From positions 37,312 to 101,311 of the forward strand of contig DATIPD010000006.1 in the NCBI GenBank assembly GCA_035472495.1: 64,000 bases of DNA. Direction: 5' to 3'. The stretch comes from Pyrinomonadaceae bacterium. GTDB taxonomy: Bacteria; Acidobacteriota; Blastocatellia; Pyrinomonadales; Pyrinomonadaceae. The notes below the pieces were generated by a model that was given only the letters and a program-made list of their open reading frames with translations, searched no databases and was not told the DNA's origin. Positions 38,042-47,546 of the stretch are shown in pieces (positions within the stretch are counted from its first letter, which is position 1; each line of letters starts with the position of its first letter). The position numbers were made by a program, and so were the translations under genes.

Positions 38042-39736
38042 ATGTCACAACTCTTAACTCTTCTCTGGCTTAAGTGGGCGCTCTTTCGGAATTCACTCCG
38101 CAGTTCGAAAGCGATAGTCAATCGAATCGCATCGCTCCTTGGCATAGTCGTGGCGCTGGTCCTGGCGTTGTCGATCGCTTTTGGCTTAGGCATCGGGGCT
38201 TACGCCCTGACGTCGCCTGAGGTTGGTTTTCAAAAAGCGTTTGAAGCTCAACGCGCGCACGGCGAGGCAAGTATGCCGTCGGCCGAATTCATATTTTTTT
38301 CGATCTTCGCTCTGGTGTACCTCATCTGGTCGACCGTACCGCTTAGCATCGGCAGCAATCGCACTTTTGATCCGGGAAATCTGCTGCTTTACCCGATCAG
38401 TCTGCGAAAGCTTTTCGCGATCGACTTCATCAGTGAGGTTGCCGGTCTGCAGGCAATATTCGCAATACCGGCAATAATTTTTGTTGGGATAGGCGCCGGG
38501 CTGGGGAGTGGTCACCTCGTTGCCGGGATACTGCTTTCGCTGACGGCAGTATTTTTTGGGATTGCGCTTTCGAAATGGATCTCGACTTCAGTCGGATCGC
38601 TCTTGCGCAGAAAAAGAACGCGCGGAGAAACGTTACTGGCGTTAGTCGGCGCCGTGGCTGGTTTGGGTGGCGCGTTGTTTGGTCAGATCGCGCCCGTGAT
38701 TTTTCGCCACGCGGAAACAATTACTTATCTTCGCTGGACTCCGCCAGGCGCGATTGCCTATGCGCTCGCCTTTGGATTGAAAGGGAATTGGTTTGGCTAC
38801 GCGCTCGCCCTGTTGGCCATGGTCGCGTACTCGTTCCTTTTAGTTTTCGTTACCTACCGGCTGGCGCAACGCGCCCTGACCGGAAGCGGTCGAAAGCGTC
38901 GCGAACCGGCAAAGACAGCGCCGCAAACAAACGAAAGCTACACTGGGTGGGAACTCCCCCTCCTTTCACCGGCGCTGTCTGCCGTCGTTGAAAAAGAGTT
39001 GCGTTACCTGATGCGCAACGCGCAAATCAGAATGATGACAATGACGCCCTTGATTCTCATCGTGGTGCGATTCATGAACCGGCGACGATTTGGTAGTGCT
39101 GGCCCAGCGGCCCATGGCTTCGGGCATGGATTTTTTCACTACGGTGAAGGATTGATGGTGACGACCGGACTGCTTTACGTTTTTCTGATTCTTTCAGGTC
39201 TTTTCTGCAATCAGTTCGCCTTCGAAAAAGGCGGGATGCGAGCGTTGGTTCTTTCTCCGGTTTCCCGTAAGACTTTTCTACTGGGAAAGAACATCGCCAT
39301 CTCGATCGTCGCGCTAATCTTTGGCGCGGGACTGCTGATTATCAATGAACTGGTCTTTCGTGACCTGACCCCGAACGCTTTGTTGTTTGCCGTTCTCAGT
39401 TTTTTTACCTTCCTGTCGTTGATGTTAGTCATGGGGAATTCTTTTTCGTTGCGCTTTCCCAAGCGCTTGAAATTCGGCAAGCGACTTAACCTCAGCGGCG
39501 TAGTCGGCTTGCTCTTGATACCCGCGCTTATTGTGCTGGCGTTGCCACCTTTGGCCGCAACCGCAGCTGGTTACGTCGCGCAGAGTTTGCTGGTTGAGTA
39601 TGCTACACTCGGTGTTCTAGCGGCTCTGACGTTTGGACTTTACTTGTTGCTGGTTGGCCATCAAGGGGAGACGTTGCAACGACGCGAGTTGGAAATTCTT
39701 GAAGCGGTCAACGACCCGGGTAACAACAGCGATTGA
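38042..39736 (+). CDS. polytopic membrane protein (putative ABC-exporter-like permease family)
   Basis: 564 aa with at least 10 hydrophobic helices. No ATPase partner is present in the window. Confidence 0.55.
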   Translation: MSQLLTLLWLKWALFRNSLRSSKAIVNRIASLLGIVVALVLALSIAFGLGIGAYALTSPEVGFQKAFEAQRAHGEASMPSAEFIFFSIFALVYLIWSTVPLSIGSNRTFDPGNLLLYPISLRKLFAIDFISEVAGLQAIFAIPAIIFVGIGAGLGSGHLVAGILLSLTAVFFGIALSKWISTSVGSLLRRKRTRGETLLALVGAVAGLGGALFGQIAPVIFRHAETITYLRWTPPGAIAYALAFGLKGNWFGYALALLAMVAYSFLLVFVTYRLAQRALTGSGRKRREPAKTAPQTNESYTGWELPLLSPALSAVVEKELRYLMRNAQIRMMTMTPLILIVVRFMNRRRFGSAGPAAHGFGHGFFHYGEGLMVTTGLLYVFLILSGLFCNQFAFEKGGMRALVLSPVSRKTFLLGKNIAISIVALIFGAGLLIINELVFRDLTPNALLFAVLSFFTFLSLMLVMGNSFSLRFPKRLKFGKRLNLSGVVGLLLIPALIVLALPPLAATAAGYVAQSLLVEYATLGVLAALTFGLYLLLVGHQGETLQRRELEILEAVNDPGNNSD

Positions 39737-39828
39737 CGGACGGGCAGTAGTTTTGAAAACGTAATTTTCAATTCCAGTGATGTTCCCTTGCAGGACATCC
39801 GGACGGGTGGAGAACTTGGATATCAAAG

Positions 39829-39847
39829 TTGAGATCTGAGATCTCAA
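39829..39847. repeat. Fam-I near-palindrome TTGAGATCTGAGATCTCAA
   Basis: Same GAGATCT word as the 46.7-kb repeat tract. Lies 26 nt upstream of the AlbA_2-domain gene. Confidence 0.5.
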
Positions 39848-39872
39848 AAACAGCGACCCCGTCAATACACAA

Positions 39873-41180
39873 ATGGCTCGCAGAAGATTTCGCAGCAACC
39901 AGCGGCACGAACCCTCCACCGAGCGTTCTTTCCAGGAGTACTACCTCTCCACGCCCGCCCCGCAAACTTCCAGAACAGAACTTCTCCGACTAATCCGTGG
40001 GGGCGAAGATACGTTCCTCGAACTCAAAGTAAAACTCTCGAACCCCGAGAAGATCGCGCAGGAAATTGTGGCCCTCGCGAACACTGGTGGCGGTGTCATC
40101 GTGTTTGGTGTCAACGACCAACTGCGAATCGAGGGCGTCGATAATCCGGAAAGCGTGCAGGAAGAGTTGGTGCGCATTTGTCGCGAAGATATCGAACCTC
40201 CGCTCGTTCCGTTTATCGATCGCATTGCGTTTGACAGCGGACGTCGCGTAGTCGCGCTTGATATTGAAGGACGACGACGGCCATACCGCACCAGCGACGG
40301 CCGCTTTTTCCTGCGGCTCGGTTCAGAAAAGCGTGAAGCGACGCGCGAAGAACTCTCGAGTTTGATCGATGAATCGCAACCGCTCGGCTTGGAAAACTTT
40401 CCGGTTAGCGACGCGACGATGGCCGACATCGACGAAGGAAATCTGTGGAGTTTTCTGCGCGAATTTGAAGGCGACGTTTTCGAGAAACCTGGTACCAAAG
40501 GCTACCCAACAGCAGAGGTGCTCGAGCGAGATCTGTTACTGGCGACGGAACGCGCCGGCGAGTTAGTGCCAACAGTTGCGGGTCTGTTGCTGTTTGGGCG
40601 CAACGAACGAGTTAAAGAGTTATTGCCACGCGCCGCAGTAACCGCCACGAGGTTTGCCGGCGATACAAACCAGTCGCCAGTCGTTGAACGAATCAGTATC
40701 GAAGGAAATCTGCACACGCTTTACGAGAGCACGCTTCGTTTCATCAAACGCTACTGCGATCTTTGGGAGACCCGGCCGAAGGGTGCGCCCGCGACTGAGA
40801 CGGAAAATAGTCCCGTGGCCGCGCGCTCAAATTATCAGGGCGGCGCAGTCTGCGAGGCCATTGCTAATTTGTTGGTTCATCGTGATCTGGCTCTGCGCGA
40901 GCAAACGTCACGAGTCAACGTGTTTGACCACTCGATTGAGTTCGTCAACCCACGACGCACTTCCGGCTTTGCTCCTATAGCACAAAAGGCGATTCGCTAT
41001 GGCGTGCCGCAGCGTCTCAATCCGCAGACGGCCGGAATCTTTTCCAATCCGGCGTATGGATTGAAATTGCCGCATGGCGGCCTGCCCATGCTGCTGCGCT
41101 CGAGCCGCATTTTTTCTAATCGACGATCGGAGCTGAATGCGATCAACGATGAGTTTCGGCTGCGATTGCATGGGAGCTGA
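39873..41180 (+). CDS. AlbA_2 (Schlafen-like) / HATPase_c_4-type putative DNA-binding regulator
   Basis: GEDTFLELKVKLSNPEKIAQEIVALANTGGGVIVFGV is typical of the AlbA_2 divergent AAA domain. The C-terminal region is ATPase-like. Confidence 0.6.
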   Translation: MARRRFRSNQRHEPSTERSFQEYYLSTPAPQTSRTELLRLIRGGEDTFLELKVKLSNPEKIAQEIVALANTGGGVIVFGVNDQLRIEGVDNPESVQEELVRICREDIEPPLVPFIDRIAFDSGRRVVALDIEGRRRPYRTSDGRFFLRLGSEKREATREELSSLIDESQPLGLENFPVSDATMADIDEGNLWSFLREFEGDVFEKPGTKGYPTAEVLERDLLLATERAGELVPTVAGLLLFGRNERVKELLPRAAVTATRFAGDTNQSPVVERISIEGNLHTLYESTLRFIKRYCDLWETRPKGAPATETENSPVAARSNYQGGAVCEAIANLLVHRDLALREQTSRVNVFDHSIEFVNPRRTSGFAPIAQKAIRYGVPQRLNPQTAGIFSNPAYGLKLPHGGLPMLLRSSRIFSNRRSELNAINDEFRLRLHGS

Positions 41181-41188
41181 TCAGGCGG

Positions 41189-41294
41189 CACGAGCAGGAG
41201 CAGAGGCAGGAATGCGGAAAGCAGATCCGGCATTCTGCTCCAGTGCCTGTAGTTCTCTGAGCAAACAGTTGTAATCTTTGCCTGCTCCTGCCCC
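41189..41294. repeat. Fam-D (CAGGAGCAG-type) inverted repeat
   Basis: GCAGGAGCAG at 41194-41203 pairs with CTGCTCCTGC at 41282-41291, in low-complexity arms. Confidence 0.55.
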
Positions 41295-41298
41295 TTTC

Positions 41299-42480
41299 TT
41301 ACGCGCTCCGTCCTGCTGCGTGCCCCGACGCCCAGGCCCATTGAAAGTTGTAGCCGCCGAGTTGGCCGGTGACGTCAACGACTTCACCAATGAAATACAA
41401 GCCGGGAACTTTTTTGACTTCCATTGTTTGCGAACTTAGCTCGTCAGTAGAAACCCCTCCGGCAGTGACTTCCGCTTTCCTGTAGCCTTCCGTTCCAACC
41501 GGCAACACTTCCCAGTGATTTAGTTTGCGCGCGATGTCAGTGAGCTGACGCGGCGTGTAACGCTTCAACGGCTGAGATGGAAAATGCAGCGCACACCAGG
41601 CGGCGGCAAAGCGACGCGGTAGAAACTGGCTGAGGAAGTTCGCCAAACTCAGTTCCTTATTTTCCTGCTCGCGCAGCAGCTCGTCCGCAGCGACTTCCGG
41701 GAGTAGATTTACGACGATGCTCCGGCCCGGCCCCCAGTAAGAAGAAATCTGCAGAATCGCTGGTCCACTCAACCCGCGATGCGTCACCAGAATGTTTTCG
41801 CGAAACTGTGCGCCCCGACAGCTAACGGAAGCGTCAACGGAGACACCACTCAAAGGCGTCAGTGCTCGCAGTTCCTCCCGCGAAAGAGTGAAGGGAACCA
41901 GTGCCGGCCACGGCTCGCGAATCTCGATGCCGAACTGGCGGGCCAGGCGGTAACCGAAGTCCGTCGCGCCTAGTGGCGGGATCGACAAGCCACCAGTTGC
42001 TACCACAACTGTTTCCGACACAATGCTGCCGCTATTGGTTTTGATTTCGAAGCCGCCTTCGTTCGGGTTGCTTTTGTTGACGCTCTGAACGGTGGAACCA
42101 CAACGAATTTCTACGCCGGTTTCACTCGCTTCCTCTAGCAGCAACGTGATTATTTGTTGCGCGCTGCCATCGCAGAAGAGTTGGCCCAGCTTCTTTTCGT
42201 GGAAGGCGATTCGGTGTTTCTCGACCAGGGAAATGAAATCTGCAGGTGTGTAGCGAGCAAGTGCAGATTTGCAAAAGTGTGGATTGGCGGAGATGAAATT
42301 GTCGGCGCCGGTATTGAGGTTGGTGAAATTGCAGCGGCCACCGCCGGAGATTGCGATCTTTTTGCCGATGGTCGAGTTGTGTTCAAGCACGACCACCCGG
42401 CGTCCGCGTCTCCCGGCTTCGATAGCGCATAACAGACCCGCCGCGCCACCGCCGATTATTACTACGTCTTTCTCGTCCAC
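41299..42480 (-). CDS. HI0933/BaiN-family NAD(P)/FAD-dependent oxidoreductase
   Basis: VVIIGGGAAGL, GGGRCNFTN and a C-terminal GGYNFQWAWASG signature. Confidence 0.8.
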   Translation of the reverse strand: MDEKDVVIIGGGAAGLLCAIEAGRRGRRVVVLEHNSTIGKKIAISGGGRCNFTNLNTGADNFISANPHFCKSALARYTPADFISLVEKHRIAFHEKKLGQLFCDGSAQQIITLLLEEASETGVEIRCGSTVQSVNKSNPNEGGFEIKTNSGSIVSETVVVATGGLSIPPLGATDFGYRLARQFGIEIREPWPALVPFTLSREELRALTPLSGVSVDASVSCRGAQFRENILVTHRGLSGPAILQISSYWGPGRSIVVNLLPEVAADELLREQENKELSLANFLSQFLPRRFAAAWCALHFPSQPLKRYTPRQLTDIARKLNHWEVLPVGTEGYRKAEVTAGGVSTDELSSQTMEVKKVPGLYFIGEVVDVTGQLGGYNFQWAWASGHAAGRSA

Positions 42481-42500
42481 AGGCGAAGCGTAACAGAAAT

Positions 42501-42610
42501 ACAGGAGGCAGGAGCAGGGTCAGGAGGACCGTCGTTTCAAAAAGGTGAAGGGCAGCGAAACGACGCCGTTCGCTGCCCTCACATTTTCTAACTGCCCCTG
42601 CTGCTGCCCC
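42501..42610. repeat. Fam-D (CAGGAGGCAGGAGCAG) inverted repeat enclosing a terminator-like hairpin
   Basis: Arms ACAGGAGGCAGGAGCAGGGTCAGGAGG and CTGCCCCTGCTGCTGCCCC. Confidence 0.55.
42537..42580 (-). terminator. candidate intrinsic terminator of the VWA gene
   Basis: 10-bp stem GGGCAGCGAA/TTCGCTGCCC. On the minus strand a T-run (CCTTTTT) follows after 5 nt. Confidence 0.5.
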
Positions 42611-43854
42611 TACTTTGCTCCCGCCGGCTTAGGCGAGTTGTAAAACTGCCGCGCCTGAATCACATACTCTTTATCATCCACGGTGCCGTCACCATCGATG
42701 TCGACACTGACCTTGATCTTATGTTGTTTCCCATCGTGAACGTCGCCCGGGTTGAACGCCAAACTGTACTGACTCCGCAGCAGTGCGTTAATTGAACCTA
42801 AAACTTTTGGCAGCTCTCCAGGGAAAGTTACCGGGTAATAAGCGCCGCCGGTTTCCTGCGCAAAAGTTTTGAGTGTGTTCTTCGCTTGCAGGAAAGTCAT
42901 GCGACCCGGCATGCCGGTCAAATCATCGGTGGCTGGGAGCTGGCCTTCATACTTTTTGTAGAACAATTCAGCAGTGCCGATTATGTAAATTGGAATGCCC
43001 GCGTTTTGCGTTATCTTGCGTGCATCGCCGTAGTTGATCTTGCTGAAGGTGTCTATCCCGGAGGCGACGAGGATTATGGCGCGCCGGCGACCCTGGACAC
43101 TCACCAGTCCTGAGTAATCAGATTTTTCTGTTTTGGAATCGTCCAGCACTACAGAATCACCACGTCCACCGACGAGTGTGAACTTAAGCGCGTCGAATAG
43201 ATTTGTCTCGCGGAAGGCCGGGTAGTTTCGCAACAACAAATTGACTACTGCACCGATGCGTCCCGGATCGTTTGTAAAGTCGGTGAGCGTAGTCGGTCGA
43301 ATGTCGAAGGCTACGACTGAAACATAATCATCGGGTGGTTTCACAAACTGAGTAAGAAACATCGCCACCGGCCGGATCACTTCGTAAGTCCCGGGATCGT
43401 AGCCGCCCGCTCCGTAAGCGCCGAATATTTCTGACCACTTGCTGTATTCCACAACCATGGCCACGGTGATGGGCGCCTCGGGAGTTGAAAAGTTGGTTAT
43501 GTTTTGCGGCGCGCCATCAGCGAAGATCTGAAAGTTACCCTTTTTCAGACCGGTAATTATCTGGCCGCTCTTCTTGTTGTAGACCACCGCATCCACGTTC
43601 ACGATTTGCGTGCTAACGGTGATCTTCTCCGAATCCTGAGCCTTGTTGATTACATCATCCGGCACTGGTTCTTCCGGAGTCTGACCAGGTTGGGCTGGAT
43701 CGCCGGGGCGCTTGTTCTTCTTCTCCGTGGCTGGTGGTGGCACGCGTCGCGATTGGCCCAACGTGAAGTCGAGGCCAAAACTGATCAGTAGACCAAAAAC
43801 GATAGCGAGCGGAAAAACTGCGCGCGCCAACTTGGAGAGTTTCATGGAAATCAC
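42610..43854 (-). CDS. VWA-domain protein (VWFA-related acidobacterial-type)
   Basis: 414 aa with an N-terminal anchor, a VWA fold, and FAQETGGAYYPVTF and SQYSLAFNP motifs. Confidence 0.7.
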   Translation of the reverse strand: MISMKLSKLARAVFPLAIVFGLLISFGLDFTLGQSRRVPPPATEKKNKRPGDPAQPGQTPEEPVPDDVINKAQDSEKITVSTQIVNVDAVVYNKKSGQIITGLKKGNFQIFADGAPQNITNFSTPEAPITVAMVVEYSKWSEIFGAYGAGGYDPGTYEVIRPVAMFLTQFVKPPDDYVSVVAFDIRPTTLTDFTNDPGRIGAVVNLLLRNYPAFRETNLFDALKFTLVGGRGDSVVLDDSKTEKSDYSGLVSVQGRRRAIILVASGIDTFSKINYGDARKITQNAGIPIYIIGTAELFYKKYEGQLPATDDLTGMPGRMTFLQAKNTLKTFAQETGGAYYPVTFPGELPKVLGSINALLRSQYSLAFNPGDVHDGKQHKIKVSVDIDGDGTVDDKEYVIQARQFYNSPKPAGAK

Positions 43855-43985
43855 CTGTTTGAGAGAACGTTAAAACGGAGGAAGGAGTCTACTTCCGGTC
43901 CGCCCTTCAACTGCTAAACGGGCTGCTTTTGTGTGATGCTGAAAGCAAAACCCGAGTTTGCCCAGTTTCACTTTGCCCAGTTTCA

Positions 43986-44810
43986 TTAGGGGCGCGGCCC
44001 GCCAGCTTCGGCCTCAATAACAACATCATACGTTCCCGTGTTGTCTGTCAGATTGCCCTCATTTACTCCCAAAAACAGCACACCATCGCGTTGCGCGACA
44101 AAATCCCGGCGGGTGCCAATCAACAGAAAATCGTCATTGTCGTCGCCTATGACGGCGATTAGCGCCCCGGTCGCTTCGTTACGCATGAGTTTTTCGCTGT
44201 CAGCCGATCCGGTCATGCCAGATGGCGTGGAGAACCTGCCACCACCGAGCGAAACCCGTCCGGTAGCACTAATGCGGAGGCGTTGTCCCTGGCGAACGAC
44301 CAGTCCGGTGTTCGTCCAGCCGTTTGGCGCACATAATTCACCGCGTACTGCGGGCGCCGAACATTGCTTCGCATTGACGCCGACTTTGATAGTGAAAAAT
44401 GTTGGCGAAGTGCTGGGTGCAGACTGCGGGTTTGGATTCGTGCGGGGCGGAACCCGGTTCGTGTCGGCCGGCGGCTGATTGGAACGAGGGGGTTGATACG
44501 TCGGCTGCGTGTTTGAAATTGGAGGGTTGTCGTTTGCCAGGCTAGCCGCTGCTGCAGTTGTCGCCGAATCAAACTCGATCGACTCGACGTCCTCGACATA
44601 AACGATAGTCCGACTGCGGCGACCCTGCGCGCCGGAACCGACGAGCACTGTAAACTGCTGGTCCCTAAAACCAATTACCTGCCCACGAATCACATTGCCG
44701 TCCTTCAAGCGGATCGTGTCGGCAAACGTAGGGGCAAACAGAGCAAGCATCAAGGCGACGGTGCTCAGGGGGCGTAGACTTTTCTTCATAGGATTCTCCC
44801 AGGCCATCAA
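43986..44810 (-). CDS. secreted protein with C-terminal PA-IL/LecA-like beta-sandwich
   Basis: Signal peptide and a Pro-rich linker. The C-terminal segment GALIAVIGDD...GVLFLGVNEGNLTDNTGTYDVVIE resembles LecA-type lectins. Confidence 0.45.
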   Translation of the reverse strand: MMAWENPMKKSLRPLSTVALMLALFAPTFADTIRLKDGNVIRGQVIGFRDQQFTVLVGSGAQGRRSRTIVYVEDVESIEFDSATTAAAASLANDNPPISNTQPTYQPPRSNQPPADTNRVPPRTNPNPQSAPSTSPTFFTIKVGVNAKQCSAPAVRGELCAPNGWTNTGLVVRQGQRLRISATGRVSLGGGRFSTPSGMTGSADSEKLMRNEATGALIAVIGDDNDDFLLIGTRRDFVAQRDGVLFLGVNEGNLTDNTGTYDVVIEAEAGGPRP

Positions 44811-44969
44811 TTCATGCTGAGTTTTGCAAGAGTCGAATGCTTTTGCAAGCGGGAGAGGCTAACGGTAATCCATCGGATGCCCTTCTATCTGAAAAGGTTG
44901 TGGCCGTAGCCTTGTCGGCGCTTGGAGCTACTTGTAAACTCGCCAGAAAAACGATTGTGAGTCGCGGAC

Positions 44970-45374
44970 ATGCTACCGATCAAAGGTCTTTATGAAATCG
45001 CCATTCGCGTGAAAAACTTGTCTCGGGCGGAAGCGTTTTATCGGAATGTTCTGGGACTTGAAGTGGGCCTTCGTGACGAACGCAGAAACTGGCTTTTCCT
45101 TTACGCGGGAGGCACTTCCGGAATGGTCGTCCTGCAGGAAGATGATGGCGATTGGCCCAAACAGCATTTCGCATTCACCGTTGCCGATTCGGATATCAAG
45201 CAGGCTGCTGCCGACTTACAAGAAAAAGGAGTCAACGTTTCAGAGTCGGTCTTTCACGATTGGATGAATTCCGTCTCGGTTTACTTTAACGACCCTGATG
45301 GTCACAATCTTGAGCTAATCGCGCTGTGCGAAACCAAACCAAATGAGGGTGCTGCTCGCGATGCTGAAACTTAA
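44970..45374 (+). CDS. VOC (glyoxalase/bleomycin-resistance) family protein
   Basis: 134 aa with a VOC beta-alpha-beta-beta-beta pattern (YEIAIRVKNL..A..FY..VLGL, HFAF, DPDGHNLEL). Confidence 0.75.
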   Translation: MLPIKGLYEIAIRVKNLSRAEAFYRNVLGLEVGLRDERRNWLFLYAGGTSGMVVLQEDDGDWPKQHFAFTVADSDIKQAAADLQEKGVNVSESVFHDWMNSVSVYFNDPDGHNLELIALCETKPNEGAARDAET

Positions 45375-45801
45375 GCTCCTAACGTTTCCCATTTTGTTCC
45401 TCGCACTTAGCGCAGTGGCTGTTGGACAAACGACGCTTCGCGCTACCACGCCCGGCAAGAGTGTGACGGGTCATTACACGATGCGTCGGGAAGAATTTCG
45501 TAACCGGATCTTTGTGCAGCAGCTTCCCGGAGGGAAAATCAAGTTTGACCTACTCGCATTGTGGGTGAGTGCGAACAATCCCGAGAATATTCATAACGGA
45601 ACCGCCCAGGGAATCGTTGATTTAAGAGACGGCGTGGCGGTTTATGAAAACAGCAGCTGCAAGCTGACGCTGAAGTTCACCTCAGGCAAGATTCGAATTG
45701 TGCAAAGTGACGAAATAGGTGATTGCGAATTCGGCTTCAACGTCACAGCAAGTGGCTCCTACCGGAAGATTAGCAGCAGGAAACCCAGGTTTGACTTTTG
45801 A
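45343..45801 (+). CDS. hypothetical secreted protein
   Basis: 152-aa ORF with a signal-like N-terminus (LKLKLLTFPILFLALSAVAVG). An alternative start lies at 45361. Confidence 0.4.
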   Translation: MRVLLAMLKLKLLTFPILFLALSAVAVGQTTLRATTPGKSVTGHYTMRREEFRNRIFVQQLPGGKIKFDLLALWVSANNPENIHNGTAQGIVDLRDGVAVYENSSCKLTLKFTSGKIRIVQSDEIGDCEFGFNVTASGSYRKISSRKPRFDF

Positions 45802-46155
45802 AAAACGCGGAATCTGGTCCGTCTAAACTGAAAATATGTTGGCCAGTTGCGATCCGGCGAAACGCAAGTTATTATGTCGCCAACTAGATGGTTGGTGAAT
45901 CCTTCCATCCAAGTGGTTGCTGGGGTGAGGACAGTGACCACAACTAGAATAGGCGCGACGGCCCAAAAACCGTTGCGCCTTTTCGCTTTTCTGGATTTGC
46001 GCGATCGCGGGCCGGAGCCGAGCGGCCGCGGGCAATGTGATTCGTGGATCTGGAGGACCATTCGTAGTTTCTTAACTCGCGCAAAGCGAGGGCAACCAGA
46101 AACACGCTTCGCACAATCGAAGCTGCTGGGTCGCGAACTTTTTTCCAGAAAGGCC

Positions 46156-46184
46156 TTGACAGGTTCGCTGGTCTACTTTATACA
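46156..46184 (+). promoter_or_regulatory. sigma70-like promoter candidate
   Basis: TTGACA (46156-46161), 17-nt spacer, TATACA (46179-46184). Lies in ORF-poor DNA upstream of the tRNA array. Confidence 0.3.
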
Positions 46185-46458
46185 AGACAGGCTGCGCGCT
46201 GACAGTAACTGCGCACCGTGAGGACAAAACTTCAATGTTGACGAACTGGACAAATATTAAACACACCGCGAGACGGCAGAGATCCGCCGCCATGCGTGGC
46301 GTGTGTTTAAAAGTCGGTCTGGGCTTGTCACCTGTCAATAGTATTTACGGCAAACTCGGAGAACCGACGCGGTTCATAGATAGCCGTCAAATCAAGTACT
46401 AGTTAGCGGGAGCGGACTCCCGCTCCCAAATCTCAAAGAAAAATCGCGAGAATAGTAG

Positions 46459-46507
46459 GAGCGGGCAGCTTCCCTGGGAGGCCTAAAGCCCGCTCTTATT
46501 GTTTTTT
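46459..46507 (+). terminator. intrinsic-terminator-like hairpin
   Basis: Outer stem GAGCGGGC/GCCCGCTC around an inner CTTCC/GGAGG helix, followed by TTATTGTTTTTT. Confidence 0.5.
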
Positions 46508-46675
46508 GACAATCGAAATATCTTTTGCGAGAGATGAAGGCAGGGAGCCTTCGCCGGATGACGACGCTGTTGCGTTGCGAGCGTGTCGAGCGTCGCCATC
46601 CTCAGGAGAAGTGTGCCTCGAAGTGTGTTCGCGGAACGTTTCTCTCTGCCTTCATCTATTTTTTAGCACAACGAG

Positions 46676-46816
46676 ATCGGAAATCTGAAATCGCAAGTTT
46701 TGAGTTCGAGTTTTGAGATCGAGTATTGAGATTCTGATGCTTGTGATCTGAGATTGGAGATCTGAGGTTGAAATTTGAGATCTGAGATACCTGAGATCTG
46801 AGATCTGAGATCTGAA
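46676..46816. repeat. Fam-I tract of GAGATCT(G) words (tandem and inverted)
   Basis: Includes ...GATCTGAGATTGGAGATCTGAGG... and CTGAGATCTGAGATCTGAGATCTGAAG, ending 10 nt before the first tRNA. Confidence 0.65.
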
Positions 46817-46825
46817 GTTTCACTC

Positions 46826-46911
46826 GCATGCGTGGCCGAGCAGCAAAAGCACCTGACTGTAAATCAGGCGTCATCACGACTTCGTAGGTGCGAGTCCTAC
46901 CGCATGCGCCA
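46826..46911 (+). tRNA. tRNA-Tyr (GTA), long variable arm
   Basis: Acceptor GCATGCG/CGCATGC, anticodon arm CCTGA-CTGTAAA-TCAGG, T arm GTAGG-TGCGAGT-CCTAC (atypical G55), G73 and CCA encoded. The D stem is weak. Confidence 0.75.
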
Positions 46912-46917
46912 ACGGTA

Positions 46918-46993
46918 GTCCAAAGTTCAACGTCGAAAGTCCAAAGTCCGTTTGGGTTACAAGACTTTGGACTTTGGACTCGAGACATTGGAC
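46918..46993. repeat. Fam-A (GTCCAAAG) palindromic hairpin
   Basis: Arm GTCCAAAGTTCAACGTCGAAAGTCCAAAGTC and inverted arm GACTTTGGACTTTGGACTCGAGACATTGGAC, between tRNA-Tyr and tRNA-Trp. Confidence 0.8.
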
Positions 46994-47001
46994 TGGCTTT
47001 G

Positions 47002-47076
47002 AGGGATGTAGGCTAACTGGCAAACCGTCGGTCTCCAAAATCGACTTTCTCGGTTCAAATCCGGGCGTCCCTGCCA
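47002..47076 (+). tRNA. tRNA-Trp (CCA)
   Basis: Acceptor AGGGATG/CGTCCCT (one G:U), anticodon arm TCGGT-CTCCAAA-ATCGA, T arm CTCGG-TTCAAAT-CCGGG, G73 and CCA. One D-stem mismatch. Confidence 0.7.
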
Positions 47077-47089
47077 AATAAACTTTCCT

Positions 47090-47178
47090 GGAAGGCCCGA
47101 CAGTAGAGTGCGTCAAGCAGTCCCGAAAACTGCGGCGGCCAAAAGCCGTGTACGGTTCGACTCCGTAGCCTTCCGCCA
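47090..47178 (+). tRNA. tRNA-Ser (CGA), long variable arm, C33
   Basis: Acceptor GGAAGGC/GCCTTCC, anticodon arm GCAGT-CCCGAAA-ACTGC, long variable arm, T-loop TTCGACT, G73 and CCA. The D arm is atypical. Confidence 0.6.
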
Positions 47179-47181
47179 TTT

Positions 47182-47267
47182 GGAGATGTCGCCTAACTGG
47201 TAAGGCAGCGCCCCGCTAAGGCGCCGGGAGCAATCCTGTGAGCGTTCGAATCGCTCCGTCTCCGCCA
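47182..47267 (+). tRNA. tRNA-Ser (GCT), long variable arm, C33
   Basis: Acceptor GGAGATG/CGTCTCC, D stem GCCT/AGGC, anticodon arm GCGCC-CCGCTAA-GGCGC, T arm GAGCG-TTCGAAT-CGCTC, G73 and CCA. Confidence 0.7.
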
Positions 47268-47271
47268 AAAC

Positions 47272-47347
47272 GGGGTTGTAGCTCAACGTATAGAGCGCCG
47301 GTCTGCGAAGCCGGAGGCTGATGGTTAGAATCCATCCAATCCCACCA
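47272..47347 (+). tRNA. tRNA-Arg (GCG)
   Basis: Acceptor GGGGTTG/CAATCCC, D stem GCTC/GAGC, anticodon arm CCGGT-CTGCGAA-GCCGG, T arm GATGG-TTAGAAT-CCATC (A56), A73 and CCA. Confidence 0.7.
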
Positions 47348-47352
47348 CTTCT

Positions 47353-47426
47353 TCCGAGTTCGTCCAATGGCAGGACGGGTGACTTTGAATCACTAAATCG
47401 GAGTTCGAATCTCTGACTCGGAACCA
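47353..47426 (+). tRNA. tRNA-Gln (TTG)
   Basis: U1:A72 acceptor TCCGAGT/ACTCGGA, D stem GTCC/GGAC, anticodon arm GGTGA-CTTTGAA-TCACT, T arm CGGAG-TTCGAAT-CTCTG, A73 and CCA. Confidence 0.8.
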
Positions 47427-47430
47427 ATAC

Positions 47431-47546
47431 GATTGCGGATTGCAGAATGCTGGTGGATCTTCAATCCAGCTGACGACTGGTTGCTGCCCGACTATTCAAC
47501 AAGAATCGAGTCGACTGAAACAAAATCCGCATCAGCAATCACCAAT
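47431..47546. repeat. Fam-E (GATTGCGG-type) imperfect inverted repeat
   Basis: Left arm GATTGCGGATTGCAGAATGC..., right arm ...AAAATCCGCATCAGCAATCACCAATC. Confidence 0.55.

Noticed and set aside
45759-46338. Small ORFs in the array leader: 45759-46061(-), 45847-46221(+), 46072-46338(-) and a 36-codon ORF at about 46292.
   Set aside because: They overlap one another and have no RBS and no recognisable motifs. The region is treated as non-coding with possible RNA structure.
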